A stretch of DNA of 64,000 nt, taken from contig OX597819.1 of NCBI GenBank assembly GCA_951406725.2, positions 68,138,001 to 68,202,000 of the forward strand. The letters run 5' to 3'. The notes beneath the pieces are model-generated. The model was not told where the DNA came from. It saw only the letters and a program-made list of their open reading frames with translations, and did no database searches. The position numbers and the translations under genes are program-made. This document shows positions 54,895 through 64,000 of this stretch, in pieces. The DNA is from Octopus vulgaris. Lineage: Eukaryota. The stretch's first letter is position 1; each line of letters begins with the position of its first letter.

Positions 54895-55627
54895 ATATAA
54901 CCAAAAATCAGACTTTTTGTTTTAAATACATGTCCGTATATATTACTTAATGCATTCTTCAGTTATTGGACTGTGGCCATACCGGAGCAGCAACTTGAAA
55001 GCTTTAGTCTTGCTAAGGGCAAACTATAACCGCAGGAATTTTATTGCTTGCTTGCCTACCTTGAAATTATGTATTAGCGATGTGCCCTACCTCATGGGGT
55101 CCACTCCTATTGAATCTTACTTTAATTGAACAAATCCACCGCATTTCTTGTAAGCCTGTTCTTTATTCTATCGATTCGCTTATACTGATCAGCTAGCTGT
55201 ATTACGGGGACACTATCGCTCGGTCTCTTGTCTCTCTTTCTCTCTCTCTCTCACTTACACCATTTCTCTTTCTTTCTCTACTTTTTTCTCTTCCTGTGTA
55301 TAACACTCTTACTCTTACTCTCACCCTCACTCAGTCACATCGTCTCTTCCTCTCGCTCCCTCTCTTGCTCTCATGCACGCAAACACACGCTCACAGACAC
55401 ATGCAAATACACACACACACACAAATTCATACAACATCTCCCTTGTCTTCAGGGATGGCACAGCAGCCATGTAAGGGCACTGACTTGAAAGGTCATGTCG
55501 AACAAACCGACCCGAGTATTTATTTCTTTCGAAGTCTGCTTCTTACCCTATGGTTTTTCTTTTTGCCGAACCTCTAAGTTAAGGGGACGAAATTCACTTA
55601 CAAGCCATTAGTCGGTGAAGGTCTCTT

Positions 55628-56190
55628 GTAGAAAACATTTGTCCTTGGGAGCGAGCGGGCAGAATCGTTAGCCCGCCGGGCGAAATGCGTAGCAGTATTC
55701 CGTCTGCCGTTACGTTCTGTGTTCAAATTCCGCCGAGGTCGACTTTGCCTTTCATCGTTTCGGGGTCGATAAATTAAGTACCAGTTACGCACTAGGGTCG
55801 ATGTAATCGACTTAATCCGTTTGTCTGTCCTTGTTTGTCCCCTCTGTGTTTACCCCCTTGTGGGTAGTAAAGAAATAGGTATTTTGTCTGCTATTATGTT
55901 CTAAGTTCAAATTCCATCAAGGTTGATTTTGCCTTTAATTCTTTCGGGATCAAACTCACATCATCCAATATGTGTAAGATTTTTGTTACATATATCCGGC
56001 TTAAAAGCGATAAGCTGACGAGGTGGCAGAATCGCTATCCCGCCTGGCGAAATGCTTAACGGTATTTCGTATGACTTACGTTCAAAGTTCCAGTTCCGCT
56101 GAGGTCTGGCGTTGATGTAATCGACCGAATCCCTTCGTCTGTCCTTGTTTGTTCCCTTTACGTTTATCCCCCGTGTGGGCAATAAAGAAA
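55628..56190 (+). mobile_element. SINE family A copies (one full length, plus partial copies)
   Basis: Homology to 9908-10142. Confidence 0.85.
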
Positions 56191-56199
56191 TATATATAT

Positions 56200-56357
56200 A
56201 GGAGTGGCTGTGTGGTAAGTAGCTTGCTAACCAACCACATGGTTCCGGGTTCAGTCCCACTGCGTGGCATCTTGGGCAAGTGTCTTCTGCTATAGCCCCG
56301 GGCCGACCAATGCCTTGTGAGTGGATTTGGTAGACGGAAACTGAAAGAAGCCTGTCG

Positions 56358-56394
<37 letters not shown>

Positions 56395-56609
56395 TTGTGT
56401 GTCTGTGTTTGTCCCCCTAGCATTGTTTGACAACTGATGCTGGTGTGTTTATGTCCCCGTCACTTAGCGGTTCGGCAAAAAGAGACCGATAGAATAAGTA
56501 CTGGGCTTACAAAGAATAAGTCCCGGGGTCGAGTTGCTCGACTAAAGGCGGTGCTCCAGCATGGCCGCAGTCAAATGACTGAAACAAGTAAAAGAGTAAA
56601 GAGTAAAGA

Positions 56610-56610
<1 letters not shown>
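56200..56610 (+). mobile_element. SINE family B, young full-length copy
   Basis: GGAGTGGCTGTGTGGTAAG...GGTTCAGTCCC...CTTGGGCAAGTG...GGCGGTGCTCCAGCATGGCCG...(GTAAAGA)n. Confidence 0.9.
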
Positions 56611-56659
<49 letters not shown>

Positions 56660-56665
<6 letters not shown>

Positions 56666-57149
56666 ATCGCCATATTAATATGGCAGTCTTATAGATATAA
56701 GACTAAAAGCTGTCGCTGATTAGCTCCATGAGGCCATCGCCTTAAGATAGCTATTTGACACACAAACTGTGTCCATTATAACCTTCGAACAAGGGAGGTC
56801 AGCCGCTTCACACTGCCAGTCAGACAGCTACAGACGCGTTTCAGGGTATTTGCCCTTTGTCAATATAGCGTAGTCGACCCAGCAGGTGTCGCCACTGATC
56901 GTCTCTGTTCGAAGGTTTTATTTACCTAGTTTCGACTACGCTACATTGACAAAGGGCAAATACCCTGAAACGCGTCTGTAGCTGTCTGACTGGCAGTGTG
57001 AAGCGGCTGACCTCCCTTGTTCGAAGGTTATAATGGACACAGTTTGTGTGTCAAATAGCTATCTTAAGGCGATGGCCTCATGGAGCTAATCAGCGACAGC
57101 TTTTAGTCTTATATCTATAATACTGCCATATTAATATGGCGATAACAAT
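56660..57149. repeat. 218-bp-arm inverted repeat (54-bp spacer) with variant hammerheads (56827-56869 -, 56940-56982 +), in (TA)n
   Basis: Arms 56660-56877 and 56932-57149 with about 2 mismatches; GCTACA-TTGACAA-AGGG..CCCT-GAAA-CGCG-TC-TGTAGC. Confidence 0.88.
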
Positions 57150-57371
57150 TAATTTCCAGTAACGCTGCCGTAATCTCTTTTAGAGAGACTTAGTAATTTT
57201 AATATTTCTATTATAAATAAATAAATAAATATATATATATATATATATATAAATATAAGAGAGTGACCACTATGTGGTCTACTCTAGCACTAAAAATAGA
57301 TCCATTGAGCTTCAGCCACATAAAATCACCCTCATTAGTTGATTATATATATATATATATATATACATAAA

Positions 57372-57407
<36 letters not shown>

Positions 57408-57409
57408 AA

Positions 57410-57465
<56 letters not shown>

Positions 57466-57469
<4 letters not shown>

Positions 57470-58581
57470 TAAAAAAGAATTCCAACCTTGTCTGATTTTC
57501 ACGTTTTATTTACAATCTTATAATGATATATTATAAGATAATATATTATAATTGAATAAAATAAAATGAAATAGTAGAATGTTAAATATTCATTCTGATT
57601 GAACTAGTACTTTCATGCATTGAATTCTGCAATCTTCGGGTTCATGTAGTAGTGTTGACAGTCATGCTTCACAATTTTTGACTGTAGCAAGATGAGTGAT
57701 TCTGTGCTATAAATACAGCTGGGTAGGCTCCAGAGTGCTAGGTTTTGCAAACTGTATTCTGACCAATCAGTGTGTAGTATCACTCAATTACTTAAGCTGA
57801 TTGGTTGGTTGAGCTGATTGGTTTAGGCATCACGCTTTGTTGGACAGGTCAAGAGTCCTGTATCTTGACCCTGGCCGAAGCAGCAATTGTTGGGTTATTT
57901 TTAGAAATGTTGTAAATATCCTTTGTCAGAGATTTTTATATTTTTATATTTCAATTGTCATCATCATCATTGTCAGCACCTTAATTATTGTTGCTAGTGG
58001 TGATGGTGGTGGCAATAGAACTTTTAACCCTAAATAAGATAATTTTCCTGCTATCTTCGTCTTGATCACCTTTAGTATTGTTGTTGTTGTTAGTGGTCAT
58101 GGTCGTAGCAGTGGAAGTAATACCTCTAAGTATTATTATTATTGCTTATTTAGCTTGGGTTCGAATTTATCAATAAAATTCTTTTCTCTGATTTTCCTCT
58201 CGATTTCACTTGGGCTGTGTAATTTGTAGAATGGAAATATTATATATATTTTCCGACCACATGTTGCTAGGTGGTTACTCAAAGGTATCTGACGGACCTC
58301 TGGGTCTCTAATCTGTTGCCGGTGTACACGTGAGCGTTCTAATAGTGCGTTTCCCGTCTGACCTACATATATTTCTTCACAATTTGGGCATTTGATGCAG
58401 TAAATTAAATTTCTGCTTTTGCAGTTCATATTCGCGTTTGTGAATATTTTCCCGGTTTTTGTGTTTATATATTGACCGGTATGTATGAATTGGCATGTGC
58501 CACATCGGCTATCATTGCATTTAGATACCGTGAATGTTTGGTCTTTGTTGCTGAGGTCAAATTTTGCCTTTGTTAGTAATG

Positions 58582-58582
<1 letters not shown>
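57466..58582 (-). mobile_element. 5'-truncated Penelope-like element (GIY-YIG endonuclease + 3'UTR/pLTR with hammerhead at 57600-57644)
   Basis: Flanked by (TA)n on both sides; rc TGAAC-CCGAAGA-TTGCA...TGCAT-GAAA-GTAC-TA-GTTCA. Confidence 0.88.
58139..58582 (-). CDS. GIY-YIG endonuclease domain of a Penelope-like element (partial)
   Basis: CNDSRCGTC, CKSRNLIYCIKCPNCEEIYVGQTG..L.ER..H, H..C, R..RE..FI..F.PKLN. Confidence 0.88.
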
Positions 58583-58625
<43 letters not shown>

Positions 58626-58626
58626 A

Positions 58627-58670
58627 TCGCACACCTAGTTTCTCTTGGTGGGGAGCTCATGTGGTTCCTT
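58627..58670 (+). pseudogene. Candidate U7 snRNA, copy 6, with 5' segment deleted
   Basis: TCGCACAC-CT-AGTTTCTCTTG-GT-GGGGAGC-TCATGTG-GTTCCTT. Confidence 0.5.
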
Positions 58671-59102
58671 CTATATATAACGAAGCATTCTGACTAGGTT
58701 ATAAATACATACGTATATGTCTCTATATATATATATTATCTAATAGTGCATTCACATGTTGGTCTATGAGCATCAACTTAAATGCTGTATTCTTGCATTG
58801 GGTAAACGTAGCCAACGGACGTTTTAAATTGTTCTGCCTACCTTGAAATTCATTTTTGGTTGTGCACCCAGCCTCAAATATTTTTTCTTCTTTCTACGCC
58901 CATGATTTGCAAACAACAGAAAATTCTGTATGTATAAAAACCCCAAGAAATCTAACTTTAAACCATTTTGTGATAAATCTGATAACGGAAGAAAGCGCTA
59001 AAAATGTAAACGAAATGTACAAAAAATATATATATATAATCATCCAACATTCTGACTACCTTATTATTCTAAGTATACAATATTTGTACATCATTCCAAA
59101 TC

Positions 59103-59177
<75 letters not shown>

Positions 59178-59293
59178 GTATATACATGTGTGTGTGTTTA
59201 CATATTCACAGACATGCACACACATACTCAAATACACATAAAATCTTACCTATTAGTAGATAGTTGAAATTTATAGAAAAACAAAAGACATTA

Positions 59294-59372
<79 letters not shown>

Positions 59373-59719
59373 TACACACACATTGACACGTGCGCATATA
59401 TCAAATCACAAAATTTTGATAATTTTGTTGGGAAACAAATATCGTCTGCTTTCTTGTTGCATCTGAAATAAATAAATATATATTTATGACTCGTATATCT
59501 TTTCATAAAATATTTACTAAAATCTTCCACGTTGCTACATATTTCACAATGATAATTGTTTGATATGTATAGTAAGCAAAAAATCTATGACGTAAGTTTT
59601 AAAAGATTTGAATAGAAATTTAATATATTGTGATAAAGTAAGAACTAAATCATCCAACGTGTTTAAATTTATACTATAGAGCCAACATTTTTGTCTGTAT
59701 ACGAATCCCACATAGCTCC

Positions 59720-59776
59720 TAGTCATTTGGGTATGACTTTATGGTTTCTCTTGAAGAGAAATTCCTGTAGTTTCCT
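59720..59776 (+). ncRNA. Candidate U7 snRNA, copy 7 (diverged)
   Basis: TAGTCATTTGGGTATGACTTTAT-GGTTTCTCTTG-AA-GAGAAAT...GTTTCCT; upstream flank homologous to the other copies. Confidence 0.42.
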
Positions 59777-62068
59777 ATGATCTTATGTAAAAAAAAGACA
59801 TAGACATTTTATCTTTTTTATGTTTGGTTTATTTCAGTTATTAGACTGCTACCATATTGGAGTAACGTTCTGAAGTCAAGCAAATCGACGACATTTTGAA
59901 ATCTGGTTAGTAACTTTATAGGTTCGCTTTTACGGAACAGTCGAAGTGGGGAGTGATTGGCGAAGCAAGCACAAACGTGCCACGCACACACATACACACA
60001 CACATGCCCCGCCCCCCTCATATATATATATATATGGGGGAGGGGCTGCTTGTGTTTACTTCTTCACCCACCCCCACTTCGACAATTGTAGTTGGTTTCT
60101 TTACATCGTCATTCAGCTGTTCCGTGAAAACAAACCTATAGAGTTAACTACAAGATTTTAAAATGGTGTCAATTCCCTCGAATAAAGACTTCAGAACGTT
60201 GCTCCAGTATGCCAGCAGTCCAATAACTGAAATAAACCAAATACACATAATCTTGACTCCATCCATGATAAATTTGTGAAGAAACTGTGAAGAAGCTGAT
60301 CAGATGGATTGTAGCTGTACTTCTTATCATAATATGTCGTGCAGGTTCAAGCTGAAAATGAGTTACGGCGATGAGTACACATGTCAAGGAATACTCAATT
60401 ACCTCTCATTACCTATTAATTCAATTAATAGGTTGTTAAATTTGGCCGAACAACTGGTCTCCCATATATTGAAATCGACGGGTAATTACATGACGCACAC
60501 AAAAAGCTTATATGCGTATATCGTTTACTGCCCCGCAAGGAAAATCATCATGATTTCCCCATTTTGAATCTGGTAATCCCAAATGCTTGTGGCGGCATTC
60601 ACCCGGGATGGGTTGAGCAAGCTCCGAGCAACGAGTTGTTCATGTTCGAAGTTTTAGTGGAAATAAAAATTCCCATGTGGTCCTCGGACACATGTATATA
60701 CACTCTAGGTCAGTGTGATCAGTCGCAGCTCGTCTTACCGTCGATTGTCGACTGTTGCAGAAGATTCACTCTCTAAATCATCGCCAATTATCAAACAAGA
60801 CGCAGTATGGGTGTGAAACATGTACTAGAGACATGCTTTAACAAAAGCTAAGAGGTGCCTTACTGCCAATGATCTCCCAGCACGCCGGGCATCAATCCTA
60901 AATTTCTCAGAGCCCGTGTTATTGCTAGATAGTCACCGAATCTACACTAAGTTCATCCGGCCAGATCACTTGTGCGATATCTCATGACTACTACCGGGGT
61001 AACACGGAATCCACAATCTCCTGTTTGCACGATCGGGTCATCGAGAAGCAAACGGGCACCTCCCACTAGGTTTGCCTGGTGAAAAGGGTTGCTAGAAACC
61101 CAGCAGGACTAGATACAAGACATGTGGAACGGATGAATAAAGGTAATTCCAAGTGCATGAACAACTCGTACTGGAAACACAACAACGCTAATTCAGTCAC
61201 AATGTACTCAATCTTCTCCTTCAATATGCGTTGATCTCGCATTAATGCTCCGCCAATCCTGGAAAACATCATTTTGTAGATGTTAAGTGACCGGATGAAA
61301 CAATTACTTTTCTATGGTAATCAGATGAGTAAATTCTGTTAGATCTGCCGGTGCTGAGCAGACTCAATGCATCCCATTTATTTGCAATCGTCAATTGAAG
61401 TTTCTTCAATCTTGTATAAAGCAGAGATGATTAAGGGAGTAAGAGAAACGCTAACACAAGGAGTTGAACAACCGGTACATTTAACAAGCACTACAGTTTT
61501 AGACTACAAATCGTTGATATTTTGCAAAGCGTTGCTTTTACGGAAAATGGAAAAAAAATATATAATTTCAACTTTTCATAGCAAAACCATAATACTATAC
61601 TTTACCAATTTTTGATATTGTGGCATCTGAAGCAGCTGGAGATACGATAGTTTGACCAAAAGAACTGGCTATTGGAAGCAAAAACAATAGTGACAAAAAA
61701 CTAATAAAAACGCGTTTGGCCAAATTTGGACATACGACAGTTTAACATAATAGCAACGAAATGTGCCATAAACTTCAACTAACATCTCTCTAAACTAACT
61801 GTCCGTCGCCTCGTTGACATATACAGAGTTAATAGAGCAGGGTTAAGAGAGAAGCGTAACATCACGAGATATGGCAGAGTCTAATGGCTGAAAGAAGTAG
61901 AAGATTAAATATAAAGTTTATCAAGTTTCCTAGCGCTTATAAAAAATAATGAAATGGAAATTAACTTTCGAAAGACAAATATTTATTAATTGAAAATAAA
62001 ATTGGATAAAATAAATTCTAATTTGTATATTTTCAACACATATTTTATTAATTTTTGAATTTTGATCA

Positions 62069-62378
62069 GGCGCAGGCATGGTCATGTGGTTAGAAGATTG
62101 TTTTTCAACCACAGAATGCTGGGTTCAGTAGCGTTGTGTGACTCCTTAGACGAGTGTTTTCTACTGTAACCCCTAGCCGACGAAAGCCTTGCGAGTAGAT
62201 TTGGTTTGACGAAAGCCCGTCGTGTGTGTGTGTATGTAGCGGGTCGGCAAAAGATACCGATAGAATAAGTACCAGGTTTTAAAAACATGAGTACTGGAAT
62301 TGATTCATTCGACTAAGATTTTTTTAAGCTGCTGCCTCAGCATGGCCGCAGTCTAATGACTGAGTCATATAAAAGAAT
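62069..62378 (+). mobile_element. SINE family B, diverged
   Basis: Homology to other copies. Confidence 0.8.
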
Positions 62379-62727
62379 AATCACAGTCTACTCCTTGAAA
62401 AACCCATGTCGGTCATTTACTGCAACTCCTCCTCTATGGTCCTTTCACTCCCATTGGGTGTCTGTGTGTAGGTGTAGCGTTCATTTACTCATTGCCTGCC
62501 ATTAAGCCAAGTATGTACACTCATCCAGCACCACTTACTTTAAGGGTTTCTGTTTTTCTTTACTACTCCCTCTCTTTCTCCCTTTCTATTTATACTATTT
62601 AAAACGTGACTAGAACAACTATACAACAAACTGACCAACTGACCAACCAATCAGCTAGCCAATCGACCAATCAACCAAAGAATCACAATTCATATCGTTT
62701 ATGTAGTCTTTTTTTTTCAAATAGAAA

Positions 62728-62929
62728 TACGTGGTGAGGGCCGAAGTGTTCCTGACTTTGTGCAAAAGAAAATACAGGGGGATCAGTTAATTATGATTTT
62801 ATTTCCTTCTCAGATCCACACACTTATTGCGGTGGTCCTTCAGTTTTTCTAAGCGTTGTAGAAAAACTTGGAAGCTTCGGGCCTTTCGCGACACACTTAA
62901 AGCCAAGAACTTTTCAGCTACCCCTCACA
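62728..62929 (-). mobile_element. Mariner-derived MITE
   Basis: Degenerate ~30-bp TIRs; homologous to 63337-63536. Confidence 0.7.
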
Positions 62930-62967
62930 TGTGTATGTGTGTGTGTCTCTCTCTCTCTTTCTCTCTC

Positions 62968-63010
<43 letters not shown>

Positions 63011-63021
63011 ATATATATATA

Positions 63022-63307
63022 TAGGGCAGCGGACTCGCGGTCGTAGGATCGCGGTTTCGATTCCCAGACCGGGCGTTGTGAGTGTTTTGTGAGTGTTTAT
63101 TGAGCGAAAACACCTAAAAGCTCCACGAGGCTCCGGCAGGGGGTGGTGATCTCTGCTGTACTCTTGCACCACTCTTTCTCCAACTCTTTCTTCTGTTGGC
63201 CTGCTCGCTTAGCCAGCGGGGTGGCGTCATTCGAAGGCTAAAACAATGCGAACGCATTGTGACCAGCGATGTGTAACTACATCTGATGGACTGGTCGGTC
63301 ACGTGAT
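63022..63307 (+). mobile_element. SINE with family D head and a third type of tail
   Basis: GGGCAGCGGACTCGCGGTCG...GGTTTCGATTCCC; tail ...GTGACCAGCGATGTG...CTGGTCGGTCACGTGAT. Confidence 0.8.
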
Positions 63308-63336
63308 GATATATATATATATGTGTATGTATAAAA

Positions 63337-63536
63337 TATGAAGTGGGGGATGAAAAGTTCCTGGCTTTGAGTAAAAGAAAATATAGCAGGATCTGGTAAA
63401 TATGATTTTATTCAACACATTTCCCATTCACATTCACACGCTTATTGCAGCGGTCCTTCAGTTTTTGTAAGCCCTGTAAAAGAACTCGGAATGTTGGCCC
63501 TCCTTAAAATCGGAAAATTTTCAGCGCCCCATCGTA
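63337..63536 (-). mobile_element. Mariner-derived MITE retaining the transposase C-terminus
   Basis: TIRs TATGAAGTGGGGGATGAAAAGTTCC / GGAAAATTTTCAGCGCCCCATCGTA; rc encodes GLQKLKDRCNKRVNVNGKCVE*. Confidence 0.75.
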
Positions 63537-63566
63537 AGCTGATAACTTTAATATGAATTAATTTAA

Positions 63567-63955
63567 AGCGGCGAGCTGGAAGAATCGTTAGCACACCTGG
63601 GCTAAACGCTTAGTGGTATTTCGTCTGTCTTTACGTTCTGAGTTCAAATTCCGCCGAGGTCGACTTTGCTTTTCATCTTTTCGGGGTCGATAAATTAAGT
63701 ACCAGTTACGCACTGGGGTCGATATAATCGACTTAATCCGTTTCTCTGTCCTTGTTTGTCCCCTCTGTGTTTAACCCCTTGTGGGTAGAGAAGAAATAGG
63801 TATTTCGTCTGCCGCTACGTTCTGAGTTCAAATTGCACCGAAGTCGACTTTGTCTTTCATCCTTTGGGGGATCAATAAATTAAGTACCAGTTGCGCACTG
63901 GAGTCGATCCCACTCACCCAAAATGTCGTACATTGTGCTTAGAGTAGAAAAGAAT
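63567..63955 (+). mobile_element. SINE family A, dimer-like copy
   Basis: GCGGCGAGCTGG...AAGAAATAGG followed by a second GAGTTCAAATT unit. Confidence 0.85.
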
Positions 63956-64000
63956 ATGAATTAATTTTCTGCTTTACTTTTCACTGTGATTGATTTCAAA

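Noticed and set aside
60260-61300. GC-richer stretch, possibly a decayed LTR-retrotransposon pol
   Set aside because: No motif I can read with confidence

Overview
Eukaryotic, AT-rich, microsatellite-saturated intergenic or intronic DNA. The SINE families and repeat landscape look like a coleoid cephalopod (Octopus); this is an inference from memory, not a search result. I found no intact host protein-coding gene, and almost all ORF-track entries are microsatellite artefacts. Mobile DNA: a nearly intact 5'-truncated R4/Dong-type RLE retrotransposon plus a second copy, both embedded in (TAA)n; CR1/L2-group and Tx1/L1-group LINE fragments; a Penelope-like GIY-YIG 3' fragment; a hAT relic with TIRs and an 8-bp TSD; mariner relics and MITEs; non-autonomous Helitrons; and at least four SINE families. 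Two signals stand out. (1) Seven same-strand copies (41.7-59.8 kb) of a short conserved unit, CTTTCT-AGTTTCTCTTG-NN-GC-rich hairpin-3'-box-like AAAAATCAGA. It resembles echinoderm and insect U7 snRNA and is a candidate mollusc U7 gene cluster. (2) About 13 type I hammerhead ribozyme motifs from several unrelated Penelope-type repeat families. Almost all lie beside (TA)n, two sit in near-perfect palindromes, and some have non-canonical catalytic cores.
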